Sequence record: NZ_CP016506.1 | Reading direction: 5' to 3' (one strand) | DNA: 37,697 bases | Source: a plasmid | Part shown: positions 1 through 10,295 of the stretch, piece after piece | Position numbering within the stretch: position 1 is the first letter of the stretch | Layout of the letters: each line of letters opens with the position of its first letter | Program-made: the position numbers and the translations under genes | The notes under the pieces: generated by a model | Told to the model about the DNA's origin: nothing | The model's input: the letters and a program-made list of their open reading frames with translations, nothing else | Databases searched by the model: none

Positions 1-324
1 CAAGGCAAAAAAATAACTTTTGGCTCCGGCAGATGTTTATTACCAAAAACATCTGCCTAATTTCACACCATTTAATATTTTCTGATTGCCTATTAACCAA
101 TGGAAATTTGCACTTCGATAACAAGCCTAGTATATGTCTATTATTAATACGGAAATGCCACACGCAACCATCTTTTGGTAGATGGCTGAAGTCAAATTAG
201 AAAACTGATATCCAGTACGGATGTTGGATGCAGAGTTTCTTCTTCCGGTCAGAGCCACCAACTAAAGTGTATTAGTCGCGACTTGATCTGACACTGAGCC
301 TTGAAAGGTTGAGAGTTACCGGTT

Positions 325-717
325 TTGATATGGGTGTCGAATCCTTATACAAAACACGAGGTAACTCTCATGCTTCATACTACCAATCCCGTTATCAAAC
401 ACAAAGCCGGTTTGCTCAATCTGGCTGAAGAACTCAGCAACGTATCAAAAGCCTGTAAAATCATGGGCGTTTCGCGTGATACGTTTTATCGTTACCGCGA
501 ACTGGTCGATGAAGGCGGTGTGGATGCGCTGATTAATCGTAGTCGCCGCGCTCCTAACCTTAAGAACCGTACCGATGAGGCAACTGAACAGGCTGTTGTT
601 GATTACGCCGTCGCTTTCCCGGCACACGGTCAGCACCGGACCAGCAACGAGCTGCGTAAACAGGACGTTTTTATCTCCGGCAGTGGTGTCCGTTCTGTCT
701 GGTTGGTTACCCCATAA
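325..717 (+). pseudogene. transposase N-terminal (HTH) fragment, IS481 family
   Basis: 130-aa ORF with a helix-turn-helix transposase N-terminus and no DDE domain following in frame. Confidence 0.6.
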
Positions 718-764
718 CCTTGAGAATTTCAAAAAACGTCTGAAAGCACTGGAAGAAAAAGGCG

Positions 765-1013
765 ATGTCCCCGCAAACCAACGGCATCTGCGAGCGGTTC
801 CATAAAACAATCCTGAACGAATTTTATCAGGTAACGTTCCGTAAAAAACTGTACGGCGATCTTGATACATTACGGTCGGATCTTGATGAATGGCTGGCTC
901 ACTATAATAATGAGCGAACCCATCAGGAAAAAATGTGCAATGGGCGGACGCCAATGGAAACGTTACTTGATGGAAAGCGCATCTGGGCCGAGAAAAATTT
1001 AAGCCAGATGTAA
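765..1013 (+). pseudogene. transposase C-terminal fragment (integrase-core tail), IS481 family
   Basis: 82-aa ORF carrying the NGxxERFHKTxxxEf and YNxxRxHxxxxxxTP motifs typical of the rve-domain C-terminus. Confidence 0.55.
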
Positions 1014-1118
1014 TCTGACAGATACCTGTATAAATAACCGGTAACTGTCAGATCAGGTCTGAGCTAATACAACTAAAGGCAGGAGAACACAAAAATTCCG
1101 TTCTCCAAACAGCCCCAA

Positions 1119-1628
1119 TTATGCTAATGTTCTTGAAACATCGCCATACGTATCAACAAGATACTTTTCTGTTAAATGCAACCCGATACACTTACCAATT
1201 TGTATGGAGTGTTTCCAGACACATGCGGCGGCTTCTTTATCATACTCCCTGAGAGTCCACTTTGATACTTTTGATGCAGTATCATCCAACCCATGCTCAC
1301 TATGAAAACCAAATTCCATATCTATTTCCTTATCTGTGATTAGATCTTTTGACATAAAAATTGGAGCACAAGGAGGATCAATACCATGATTTGGATAACC
1401 TATAGCTACATCATAGATTTTCTCATCAATACAAACCCATGAGTGATCAAAATACGAACCTGTTGCAGGGTTACGAACTTCTCCAATAAGAAGTGTTGGT
1501 TCAAATCCAACTTCCTTTGCCAAAATGTAAAAAACAGCAGATATATCATGACAAGCGCCATACCATTTTTTCTCTTCAACAAGAGAGATTAGATTTTCAA
1601 ATATCTGTTTTAGTTTGGAATTATTCAT
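1119..1628 (-). CDS. hypothetical protein, possible transglutaminase-like Cys-His-Asp peptidase fold
   Basis: The ORF track gives 1119..1868, but that overlaps hns out of frame. The internal ATG at 1628 has an AGAGG RBS. The order GACHD ... DHSW ... CIDEKIYD suggests a Cys/His/Asp triad. Confidence 0.45.
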   Translation of the reverse strand: MNNSKLKQIFENLISLVEEKKWYGACHDISAVFYILAKEVGFEPTLLIGEVRNPATGSYFDHSWVCIDEKIYDVAIGYPNHGIDPPCAPIFMSKDLITDKEIDMEFGFHSEHGLDDTASKVSKWTLREYDKEAAACVWKHSIQIGKCIGLHLTEKYLVDTYGDVSRTLA

Positions 1629-1686
1629 AAAACCTCTAAGCTGATAATAGAAGATCAACCCCTCCCATGAAAGGAGGGCTGTAGAA

Positions 1687-2121
1687 TCACTTCTCGATGA
1701 GAAACTCATCAAGGGAGCGACCTCCTGCCAGTGCTTCTGCAATCGGTTTTGGCGCACGCCCACGACCAGACCAGTATTTCGTTTCGCCATTTTCTTCAAA
1801 TTGATATTTAGGCGGCGCTTTTGGTAACGTTTTTTTACGTGATTTTGGTGCTTCTTCGGACAGACCAAGCAGTTCTTCCGGTGAGAACCCCTCTCCGGCG
1901 ATTAACTGAAGCAGTTCCTGACGTTTCCGTTCACGCTCTGCTCGTTCAGCCGCTTCACGTTCAGCATCTTCACGACGTTCTTCAATAACAACGTTGAGCT
2001 TTTCCTGCATTTCGAGCAACTGCTCAAAATCAATCTCACGGGCAAACACACGCAATGAACGAATATTCATCATAGTCCGGCTGATAATGCCGTATTCATC
2101 TTCTTTAGTCAGTTCGCTCAT
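1687..2121 (-). CDS. hns: H-NS family nucleoid-associated protein (plasmid Sfh/H-NS-like)
   Basis: An N-terminal coiled-coil with an acidic/basic ER-rich linker, then a C-terminal YxxxNGETKxWxGxGRxP DNA-binding motif. An AAGAGGA RBS precedes the start. Confidence 0.88.
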   Translation of the reverse strand: MSELTKEDEYGIISRTMMNIRSLRVFAREIDFEQLLEMQEKLNVVIEERREDAEREAAERAERERKRQELLQLIAGEGFSPEELLGLSEEAPKSRKKTLPKAPPKYQFEENGETKYWSGRGRAPKPIAEALAGGRSLDEFLIEK

Positions 2122-2136
2122 AATTAATCCTCTTGT

Positions 2137-2343
2137 TTAGTGGACGTACTTCCAGACGCCGGAAGGAACCTTATCATAAAGTTTATTCATCACCAGTTCT
2201 GCGCGGCGATGGTCTGCGGCAGAATAAAATGCCTCTGATTCTGATAAAGGAAGCTTGTAACGGTTAATCTCAATAACTTTTTCAAGAGTATCTCTTGATG
2301 TACATTTTCTTAACTGAAAAAGCCATTCCTGCTTTGTTTTCAC
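2137..2343 (-). CDS. hha: Hha/YmoA family H-NS co-regulator
   Basis: Closely matches E. coli Hha (RLRRC..TLERVIE.N.Y.L...E...[23 protein letters not shown]). The GTG start overlaps the topB stop in a GTGA arrangement. Confidence 0.85.
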   Translation of the reverse strand: MKTKQEWLFQLRKCTSRDTLEKVIEINRYKLPLSESEAFYSAADHRRAELVMNKLYDKVPSGVWKYVH

Positions 2344-4493
2344 TTCTTAGCCCTTGCCGGAAAACCCAGCTTCCCTGTTTTCTTATCCTCAAGGACAAGA
2401 ACTGTATCATACGTTCCACCACTTTTCTTTTTAAATCCCTTAATCAAATCGGTTTTCCCTGATTTAACCAGTTTTTCGGCCTGTGCCTGGGTGATTTTCT
2501 TACCAGAAAACTCACTCCAGATTTTAAATTCACATCCGGTACAGAAATAACCTTTTGGCCTGATAACAATATGCTTACCACAGGAAGGGCAGGGAGAGTC
2601 CAGGCGTTGAAACTGCCCTGCTGGCGCAGCGGGTTCAATCTTCATCTCGTCCAGGTCAACATCAGAAATCATGCCTGTCAGTTCACTGTACAGCTCATTA
2701 ATAAACAGTTCCACCGTCAGGTCGCCATTTTCTATGGCAGCCTGCTTTTCAGACCATAATGCTGTCATATCAGGATTAACCGCTATACCAGGCAGGGCAT
2801 CAATAAGCGCATATCCGGTATCAGTAGGAATAAGTTTCCCTTTTTCCAGCGTGATATAGTTTCTTTTCTTCAGCGTTTCCAGAATGGCTGCGCGGGTAGC
2901 TGGTGTACCAATGCCACCATGTTCATCTTTTTTGTCTTTATCCTTATCCTTCAACAATTTTTTAATCGTTGGATCAGTGACAAAATCCGCGACACGAACA
3001 AGCGCAGCAAGCAAGGAGGCTTCGGTGAATAATGGCGGCGGTGTTGTTTTCTTCTCATTAACAACAACTTCTTTTGTCGTCAGTGTTTCTCCTGTGCGAA
3101 TTTTACAGAGCAGTTCAAAAGCGGAATCATCATTATCTTCTGATTCACCTTCGTCTGTGGTTTCCGCGCCAAGAAACGCCTCAAATCCGCTGTCAGTTGT
3201 TTTTCTGGCACGGGCATAGAACGACTCATCACCACACTGAATGGCAACCGATACTTCCTGGTATGCTTTTTCAGGCATAAACTGAACAAGATAGTGTTGT
3301 GCGATCGCCAGGTAAACATTACGCTCGTCGGTGCTGAGTGCGTTAACATCAGGCACACTGGCGGTCGGGATTATCGCAGTATGCGCAGTCACCTTTTCAC
3401 TGTTAAACGCTTTGCTTTTACGTGCAGAATCAATATCCAGCGACTGAGGAAAGACTGATTTCAGGGCATCGATAACCTGCGGCGCTTCGCTGAATTGTTC
3501 ATCAGAAAGATATGAGCAATCAGAGCGGTTATAAGTAATCGCTTTATATTTTTCACGTAATTGTTGCGTAATATCCAGCGTTTTTTGTGCCGTCATTTTG
3601 AACTTTTTGTTCATGTATTGCTGGAGTCTGACCAGGTTAAACGGCAACGGCGCAGCCGTTTTTTTATCATCAGTTGCTGCCGCTTCAACTGTAGCCGGTT
3701 TTCCTGCAAGGGATGCTGCCGTTCCGTCTGCCCACGCTTTATCAAGTAATTTACGGTCTGTCAGCGGAGCAAATTGCCCTGGCTTCCAGTTCGCCCTGAG
3801 AACATCAGCACCACGCTGAAAGACTCCGGTCATGGTGTAGTAAAAACTGGATTTATGGTTCTGGTTAGCACGGGTACGGTTCACAATCAGGCCAAGAACG
3901 GGAGTCTGGACGCGCCCGACAGACAGAACGCCCTGATATCCTCTGACTTTTGCAGGAATGGTGTAAGCACGCGTCATGGAGAAGCCATAGACGGCATCAG
4001 CAACTGAACGCGCCAGCGCCTTAAGGTAAAGCCCTTTGAAATCACGATTATCTTTAAGATTTGCCAGTGCCTTTTTCACTGCCGGAAGCGTGTTATCGTT
4101 AATCAGAACGCGCTTTACGGGTTTTGTGTTTCCTGCATATTCCAGGACTTCATCAACAAGTAGCTGTCCCTCATCATCAGGATCGCCAGCGTGAACAATT
4201 TCAGTCACGTCTCCACGTCTGATAAGTTCGAGAATCGTTTTAACCTGTTTTGCTGCACTTTCAACAGGCTGATACTTCACGGGATAAAGACGTAAAGGAA
4301 GCGTTTCAACCTTCCAGGCTTTGTATTCAGGATTATAGTTTTCCGGCGGCTGTGATTCGATAATATGACCAAAACAGTGAGTCACAATGGCGTTATCACT
4401 TTCAAACCAGCCATCATGGCGGGTAAAGTTGCCACCAAGTGCCTTAACAATATCATTTGCTACTGCGGGTTTTTCAGCGATAAAAAGTCTCAT
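2340..4493 (-). CDS. topB: DNA topoisomerase III with C-terminal zinc-ribbon
   Basis: Toprim N-terminus (MRLFIAEKP), type IA topoisomerase core, and a C-terminal CPSCGK...CTGCEF zinc finger. A GAGGTG RBS precedes the start. Confidence 0.9.
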   Translation of the reverse strand: MRLFIAEKPAVANDIVKALGGNFTRHDGWFESDNAIVTHCFGHIIESQPPENYNPEYKAWKVETLPLRLYPVKYQPVESAAKQVKTILELIRRGDVTEIVHAGDPDDEGQLLVDEVLEYAGNTKPVKRVLINDNTLPAVKKALANLKDNRDFKGLYLKALARSVADAVYGFSMTRAYTIPAKVRGYQGVLSVGRVQTPVLGLIVNRTRANQNHKSSFYYTMTGVFQRGADVLRANWKPGQFAPLTDRKLLDKAWADGTAASLAGKPATVEAAATDDKKTAAPLPFNLVRLQQYMNKKFKMTAQKTLDITQQLREKYKAITYNRSDCSYLSDEQFSEAPQVIDALKSVFPQSLDIDSARKSKAFNSEKVTAHTAIIPTASVPDVNALSTDERNVYLAIAQHYLVQFMPEKAYQEVSVAIQCGDESFYARARKTTDSGFEAFLGAETTDEGESEDNDDSAFELLCKIRTGETLTTKEVVVNEKKTTPPPLFTEASLLAALVRVADFVTDPTIKKLLKDKDKDKKDEHGGIGTPATRAAILETLKKRNYITLEKGKLIPTDTGYALIDALPGIAVNPDMTALWSEKQAAIENGDLTVELFINELYSELTGMISDVDLDEMKIEPAAPAGQFQRLDSPCPSCGKHIVIRPKGYFCTGCEFKIWSEFSGKKITQAQAEKLVKSGKTDLIKGFKKKSGGTYDTVLVLEDKKTGKLGFPARAKK

Positions 4494-4544
4494 TAATTAC
4501 ACCTCAATTCAGGTTATGTACTATTCTATTTTCTCTATGTGTAT

Positions 4545-4582
4545 CCCTGATACCCGTTGGTGCGGGTATCAGGTTTTAACTA
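4545..4582. terminator. 11-bp-stem hairpin (cctgatacccg/cgggtatcagg) between the T4SS operon end and topB
   Basis: A perfect inverted repeat with a 6-nt loop, followed by TTTT on the plus strand. Confidence 0.4.
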
Positions 4583-4882
4583 ACCTCTGACGCGACCAAA
4601 CTTACTCATGATCAGTAAGATTGCAGCCGAGTCTGCCGTTGAACACTGATTTAAAAAATTCTTACGGAGATTAAATGTTTTACTCCAGCGTATTTTTCCC
4701 TTTTTCTTTTCAATTTTGTTAAAAAAATCCTTTTCGGCACTACTGCACTCACTCCCTCCACTTCTACCTACAGCTTTACCATAAAGACAAAAAACAGATT
4801 TACAGGGATCAGCGGCATACGCTGGCGCTGTCAGCCAGGACACAGTAAAAATTACGATTAGACCTTTGCATATCCTTTTCAT
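4580..4882 (-). CDS. secreted cysteine-containing small protein of unknown function (T4SS-associated)
   Basis: Signal peptide ending AYA|AD. Four Cys residues. Sits last in the transfer operon. Confidence 0.55.
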   Translation of the reverse strand: MKRICKGLIVIFTVSWLTAPAYAADPCKSVFCLYGKAVGRSGGSECSSAEKDFFNKIEKKKGKIRWSKTFNLRKNFLNQCSTADSAAILLIMSKFGRVRG

Positions 4883-5292
4883 AGTAACCTCTGAATATTT
4901 ATTCTTGACAGATAAATTTCAACATAGTCATTATTCAACCATCTTTTTAGTGGCTGATATTCAATAACACCTGTTGCACCATTTTTTCTTAGCCAGTCTT
5001 TCGCTGACCAGTAACTATCAAAAGAAGATGTCCTTACAACTATTTCTTCAGAATGGGCAACGGCATAAAAAACAGAATCATCGTAAAGACGGTTTTCTGG
5101 TTTAAAATCAGGCAACACCTTACTCCATGAGGAAGTTATATTATCTGATTTAATAACACCGGATGTTGGTGTCCAGTTCATTATTTGTGTATTCATAACT
5201 TCAGGCCTTTTTTCCCATTCAACCTGTGGCGGTTCAGGTGGAGAGGAACAGGCTGTGAGGACAAGAATACTGATCATAAGTATTTTTTTCAT
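4879..5292 (-). CDS. lipoprotein of unknown function (T4SS-associated)
   Basis: Lipobox LTAC|S after a signal peptide. Its stop overlaps the start of the downstream gene. Confidence 0.6.
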   Translation of the reverse strand: MKKILMISILVLTACSSPPEPPQVEWEKRPEVMNTQIMNWTPTSGVIKSDNITSSWSKVLPDFKPENRLYDDSVFYAVAHSEEIVVRTSSFDSYWSAKDWLRKNGATGVIEYQPLKRWLNNDYVEIYLSRINIQRLL

Positions 5293-7130
5293 AGCAAAAC
5301 CTCAGACTCCAGCTCTCCTACGGAGAGCATTTTTTCTTTTGACGGATATTTAAGCCCTTTCACACCAAATATTTTTTTCGTCTTATTTAGTTTCATCGTC
5401 AATGATGCCAGTTTAGGACTGACCTTCATTAACCTGTCCATAAAATACGGATCAAGGTAATAAAGTGCCTTTTCTGCTTTAACAGGGTTCTCCCCCTTCA
5501 GGATGATAAACTCTTCTTTAAAGTCCAGCGTTCCCAGTTCCTGTGGAAGCACCAGTGCTCTTCGGGCTTCACTTTCTGATTCGCCCTGTGAAGTTGATCG
5601 TCCCCGGTTCTTGCTTGTGCTCTTTGATGTAGTGGTAATATACCCAAGTTTTTCTGATATCTTCGCGGCATCATCCTCTTCGCTGACAGCATAGATAATA
5701 CGGCAGGGATGAGCACTCATCAGTGTTTTGGCTCCCTCAATACCATAGATTTCATTTAGCTGACTGATATTCTGATAAATTGTCAGCAGTTTAAGTTTGA
5801 AACCTGCAATATACCCTGATCCCTTTTTAATAATTGGCATATAACCAATCGAAGGGAACTCATCAAGAAACATCAGGCAGTCATGTTTCAGGGTGGGATC
5901 AAAATCAGGATTTTCACGCAATGTCACTTCAACAACGAAGTTGAAAAACAGGTTCAGAAAATCGTAAGCCAGTGATATATCTTCCGCATTAACACCGACA
6001 TAAACAGTGATATCTTCCCGTCGCAACTGACGGAGATCGAAATCATTACCATCAGTACATTTACGAACGGTTGGGAGATAAAACAGGCTCATTTTCTTAC
6101 GGAAAGAACCATCAATGCTTGAACGCTGTTCATCTTCCGTTTCGTGATATTCCCTGATTTTGGTCAGGGCATCGCGCAAATGATACAACGCGTTTTCATC
6201 AAGCCCGTTTGTTCCCTCCAGTTCTTCCCGCTTACTGAGTATCAGTTCCCGGTCAATATTGCTGTACAAGTCGACGACAGAACCGATTGAGAAAACGGGT
6301 TTAAGCCCGAACTCATTAAGCCAGGACGGCTCATAGTTAATAAAGAAATGAAGCAACTTAGCCAGTCCTGTCCAGTATTGACCCGCAAGATTATTAAAGT
6401 GCGCTTCTGCCCCTGTCATGCCATAAGACGGAAACAGAATTTCAATCAGTTTAAGCAGATCCTTAGCCCCACTCTCCGCTTTTAAATCAATATAGAAAAG
6501 GGGATTAAACTGGTGTGTTTTACTGTTGAAAGGGTCGAGCAGATAAACTTTATTACCCAGCAGTATTTCACGCACCTTACTGGTGATTTTCCACAATTCC
6601 TGTTTTGGATCTAACGCAATCAGAGAGTGTTTTCTGACCAGAAGATTAGGGATACCAATGGCGGCACCTTTACCTGCGCGGGTTCCTGCGCCAAGTGATA
6701 CAAAATCTGGTGCGGTATACCACAGGTATTTACCTTTATATGCTCCGACGAGAATATCAGTATCGTTTTCTTTCTCCCATTTCAGAAGTTTCGATTTCCT
6801 TAAATCATTATCACTGGCAAACTTCGCGTCACCATAAAGAGCAACAGCCGTTTTATTCAGTTGCCAGATAATAAAAACAGGCACGATGAGAGACGAAACC
6901 ATACCTGATAAAAGAGAGGGGATAGCGGTCAACCTGATATCTGTCCGTATATTACTCTCTGTTATTATTCGCCACAGGAGCATGGAATCAAAATTTTTCC
7001 ATATATAAAGCGGCGTTTTTCCGTTCAGGAAGTAAACAGCAACAGAACCAGTATAATATGTCACGAGACACATAACCAGACCGATAAAAGCCCACTGGCC
7101 TTTATCTGGGAGTTTTAAAGACATAATCAC
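5289..7130 (-). CDS. taxB: type IV coupling protein VirD4/TraG family
   Basis: N-terminal TM helices, Walker A GAGTRAGKG, and a TraG/VirD4 core. Confidence 0.9.
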   Translation of the reverse strand: MIMSLKLPDKGQWAFIGLVMCLVTYYTGSVAVYFLNGKTPLYIWKNFDSMLLWRIITESNIRTDIRLTAIPSLLSGMVSSLIVPVFIIWQLNKTAVALYGDAKFASDNDLRKSKLLKWEKENDTDILVGAYKGKYLWYTAPDFVSLGAGTRAGKGAAIGIPNLLVRKHSLIALDPKQELWKITSKVREILLGNKVYLLDPFNSKTHQFNPLFYIDLKAESGAKDLLKLIEILFPSYGMTGAEAHFNNLAGQYWTGLAKLLHFFINYEPSWLNEFGLKPVFSIGSVVDLYSNIDRELILSKREELEGTNGLDENALYHLRDALTKIREYHETEDEQRSSIDGSFRKKMSLFYLPTVRKCTDGNDFDLRQLRREDITVYVGVNAEDISLAYDFLNLFFNFVVEVTLRENPDFDPTLKHDCLMFLDEFPSIGYMPIIKKGSGYIAGFKLKLLTIYQNISQLNEIYGIEGAKTLMSAHPCRIIYAVSEEDDAAKISEKLGYITTTSKSTSKNRGRSTSQGESESEARRALVLPQELGTLDFKEEFIILKGENPVKAEKALYYLDPYFMDRLMKVSPKLASLTMKLNKTKKIFGVKGLKYPSKEKMLSVGELESEVLL

Positions 7131-8158
7131 TCCTTCAGTTTTCTGAAATAGTCATCAAAATGAAGTTGTTTGTAGTAAATACCGGAAGCGAAACGAAAAT
7201 CTTCATCATCAAGGTATTTAATACTCATGATAATATCAATATTACTCAGTACACGTCTTAAAATGACATTGAATGGTAGATTCTGACATTCAGGATTCAT
7301 ATAACATCGCTGGACAATCCCAAGCACAGCATATTCAGGACTACTTTCGTGAACGGTGGTAATGTTTCCTGCATGGCCTGAACTCGATGCTTTCAGAAAA
7401 TCCCATGCCTCAGCCCCCCTGATTTCTGTCATCAGAATCCTGTCCGGATTCATACGAAAACAGGAACGCAGAAGACTCGCTGAGGTAATAACCTTACTCT
7501 CACCCTCTGCCGGATAGTAAAGTTTTACATGGTTTTTATGGAATCTGAATTTTGCCTCATCAGTATCTTCAATAGAAATACACCGCAGATGATGCGGTAT
7601 ATATTCCAGACAGGCATTTGCAAAGGTAGTTTTACCTGAACCCGTCCCACCACAGAAAACTATCGTTTTCCCCTGACGCAGTGATTCAGGTATAACCCGA
7701 TCAAAATATCCGGAAGTGATTAAAGCAGAAATATTATCTTCCATAACCGAGTCACCACTTAAACCACTGACGCGTGAATAAAATCCCTGTTTTATAAATT
7801 TGTCATGACTGATAAAAATACCTGACGGCTTACGGATTGTTATAGAAACAGTATCTTTTTCAGTTGCCGGTGGGATCACAACCTGAACACGTTCTCCACC
7901 CGGAAGCGTGGCAGAACGCAGGGGATATTCAGGAGTCACAGAACCGCCGTCATGAAAATCGGCCAGTGTGGATGCAAAAGAAAGACAATCACTGTAACTC
8001 ATCTTTTGTTCATACCATTGCCATTTTCCCCTGACCTTTATAAATATTTCTCCTGGTCGGTTAACAGCAATTTCCGTGACACCCTCAATCTCATTCAGCC
8101 AGTGATAAAAATAATCGTTGACCACATCATAAATCAGATGTCTGTTTTCGTTATTCAC
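7127..8158 (-). CDS. pilX11: VirB11-family traffic ATPase
   Basis: Walker A GGTGSGKTT and the conserved His box. Confidence 0.9.
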   Translation of the reverse strand: MNNENRHLIYDVVNDYFYHWLNEIEGVTEIAVNRPGEIFIKVRGKWQWYEQKMSYSDCLSFASTLADFHDGGSVTPEYPLRSATLPGGERVQVVIPPATEKDTVSITIRKPSGIFISHDKFIKQGFYSRVSGLSGDSVMEDNISALITSGYFDRVIPESLRQGKTIVFCGGTGSGKTTFANACLEYIPHHLRCISIEDTDEAKFRFHKNHVKLYYPAEGESKVITSASLLRSCFRMNPDRILMTEIRGAEAWDFLKASSSGHAGNITTVHESSPEYAVLGIVQRCYMNPECQNLPFNVILRRVLSNIDIIMSIKYLDDEDFRFASGIYYKQLHFDDYFRKLKE

Positions 8159-8159
8159 A

Positions 8160-9365
8160 TTAACCCCCTTTCATTTTCAGTTTATAAATGCCTGAAAAAT
8201 CCAGATCCTGACCGACAATCAGAGTAATAATTTCGCCCTGATTTTTATAAAGCGTTGGCGGAATATTCACACTATTAGAAAATGCTTCGCGTGCTATATC
8301 AGCAAAAGCCTGGCGACTGTTTGCCGTATAGTCGGTCTGGCTGTCCCTGTTGTTCTGTGCAATACCACTGGCGGCCTGACTTAAATCCGGTATCATCCCG
8401 ACCATCATTGCACCAAGAAAACGTTCACTGAAATGAGTGTCAATCCAACCAGAAACACCGGCTTCGCCTAACGCGCCAGCCGCCTGTGAGTCAACCAGGG
8501 GAATATCAATAAAAGGCTTACTGCGAGTACGTAGCTTGTAAGCCATAACAAACACACGCCCTTGTCCATGATTTAAAGACCCGGCCTTATACATCAGTTT
8601 TGCGGCGGTTCCTCTTTCGATAAGTTTTACATTACCGCTGGCGCTGTATATATCGCTGTTGACCGTACATTCCAGTTTCCCCGCCAGGTCAGAAACAAAA
8701 CGCCTGTCCAGTGAACAGGGAATTGATGTCCCTTCCGGGATAAACAAATTTGGGTCATATGGAAGTTTCGTTATTTTCGCCAGTGGCGCAGATTCTGTAG
8801 CCTGTGCGGTTGCTTTTGCTTCATCCTTTTTATCGCTTTCTGGCTCACTGGCCGCAGTATGTAAAACTGACGTTCCCGCTGAACTGCTGCTGTTTCCTGC
8901 CTGGCTGCCATCAAGAGAAACATCAAGTGCACGGCTGAAGCTCTGCTGTTTATTTTCCGGCGGTTCAGTCTTTTCAGAAGAAATGACTTTTTCTTCCTCT
9001 GGTTTCTCTGTTTTTTTCTGTGCGGTATTAAAAGGATCGATATCTTCGCTCAGTCCGGTCTGACGTTTAGCCGCTCCGGTTGCAAGCGGCTGACTTGCGG
9101 GTTTCTCATCCCCTGACGACACAGAACGGATAATGGACGGGATATAATAAACAGAAACACCGGCAGCAAGCAGAAGAAAACCCACGACGAGGATAATCAT
9201 CCCTTTACGTGACTTTTTAAGTTTTTCAATACCAAGCTGCAATGCTGGCTTGCCAGGCTCTTCTTCCGGAGTCTTCCCGGCCTGTTCCAGTTCTTTCTGT
9301 CTGCGTTCCCGTAGCTGCTGTTCAATTTCGGTTGCAGTCGGGATTTTATTTTCCTGTTCAGTCAC
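8160..9365 (-). CDS. pilX10: VirB10-family T4SS protein
   Basis: N-terminal TM segment, a Pro/Glu-rich linker, and a C-terminal beta-barrel domain. Confidence 0.88.
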   Translation of the reverse strand: MTEQENKIPTATEIEQQLRERRQKELEQAGKTPEEEPGKPALQLGIEKLKKSRKGMIILVVGFLLLAAGVSVYYIPSIIRSVSSGDEKPASQPLATGAAKRQTGLSEDIDPFNTAQKKTEKPEEEKVISSEKTEPPENKQQSFSRALDVSLDGSQAGNSSSSAGTSVLHTAASEPESDKKDEAKATAQATESAPLAKITKLPYDPNLFIPEGTSIPCSLDRRFVSDLAGKLECTVNSDIYSASGNVKLIERGTAAKLMYKAGSLNHGQGRVFVMAYKLRTRSKPFIDIPLVDSQAAGALGEAGVSGWIDTHFSERFLGAMMVGMIPDLSQAASGIAQNNRDSQTDYTANSRQAFADIAREAFSNSVNIPPTLYKNQGEIITLIVGQDLDFSGIYKLKMKGG

Positions 9366-10291
9366 TGGATCACCTCTTTCTTAACATCCGGGGATACCGT
9401 ATCTCCGGCTGGTAAACGTACTTTTCCGAAGCCCAGGTTCTCAATCCCCACCACCTGCTCACCAAGACGTAAAACAAAACGCTTATCAACCGGTACGCCA
9501 ACAGCCGTAAAACTCCCGCTCTGTTTAATCACAGGATTGGTAAGAGTCTCCTGCATACCGTTCATCACAAAGACGCTGGGAATTTTCTTTAACGGACTGA
9601 AGCCGAACCAGGTATAACGACCATCGTCATATGCATAATCAGGGCTGATATCCTGGCTGCCTTCAGCAACCCGCTTCCAGTACTGCCAGTTACGGGGCGA
9701 TTTCGCATTTTCCAGGGAACGGTTGATTGCCTGTTCCTCCAGGCGTCTGGCAAGAGCCTCTGTGCGTTTCTTCTCAATTTCGGCCTGTTCCTTCCGGCGT
9801 TCCTGCGGATACTGGTAATTCACCACAAACGCAATTTTCTCCGGCTGTCGGAACGTTCTGGCGTTCAGCTCCATGCTGTAATTACGTTTCGTGGTGCGAA
9901 CAAACAGATTCGTTCGCCAGCGTTCAAGCTCATTTTCCGGGTCAAGAGCAACACTGACGGATTCAGAAGAGGTGTTACCGTTTGCATCCGTATTATTTTT
10001 CTGAACAGTTTGTTTAACAGGACGAACTTCCAGGTATACCAGGTTATCTTCTTTATTAACCGCCCATCCCTGCGGAAAACCGGTTCTGGCACTGATAACT
10101 GTTTCATCTTCATCAAATACCAGTGTGGTGGTGTATCCAACGGCACTGTTAATTATGGTGGTATTATTGGGGTTATAACTGACTATCTGATTGCGTGGGT
10201 CAAAGCGACTGCCTGAAGGAAGAACAGCAGCATTACAGACGTGCGCCGCCATCAGAAGCGCCATAATTAACGCTCCTTTATTCATTTTCAT
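9362..10291 (-). CDS. pilX9: VirB9-family T4SS protein
   Basis: Signal peptide with VirB9/CagX-like domains. Sits between the VirB8 and VirB10 genes. Confidence 0.85.
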   Translation of the reverse strand: MKMNKGALIMALLMAAHVCNAAVLPSGSRFDPRNQIVSYNPNNTTIINSAVGYTTTLVFDEDETVISARTGFPQGWAVNKEDNLVYLEVRPVKQTVQKNNTDANGNTSSESVSVALDPENELERWRTNLFVRTTKRNYSMELNARTFRQPEKIAFVVNYQYPQERRKEQAEIEKKRTEALARRLEEQAINRSLENAKSPRNWQYWKRVAEGSQDISPDYAYDDGRYTWFGFSPLKKIPSVFVMNGMQETLTNPVIKQSGSFTAVGVPVDKRFVLRLGEQVVGIENLGFGKVRLPAGDTVSPDVKKEVIQ

Positions 10292-10295
10292 ATTA

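Larger units (their letters stand above)
282..1054 (+). mobile_element. IS481-family insertion sequence remnant with internal deletion of the DDE core; imperfect terminal inverted repeats (tgatctgaca...gttaccggtt) at 282-326 and 1017-1054
   Basis: Two transposase fragments in different frames. The N-terminal HTH part has the GVSRDTFYRYRE motif and the C-terminal part has the NGICERFHKTILNEF..YNNERTHQ integrase tail. The roughly 170-aa catalytic middle is missing. Both ends share tgatctgaca and gttaccggtt. Confidence 0.6.

Noticed and set aside
23-58. 11-bp-stem hairpin ggcagatgttt/aaacatctgcc at window start
   Set aside because: It has no U-tract and no adjacent gene within the window, so it cannot be assigned a function from the sequence alone.
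2444-4007. Multiple 60-110-aa ORFs on both strands inside topB (2444..2638, 2571..2759, 2884..3219, 3074..3358, 3561..4007)
   Set aside because: They lie wholly within and antisense or out of frame to a well-supported 717-aa topoisomerase gene. They have no RBS and their composition is low-complexity.
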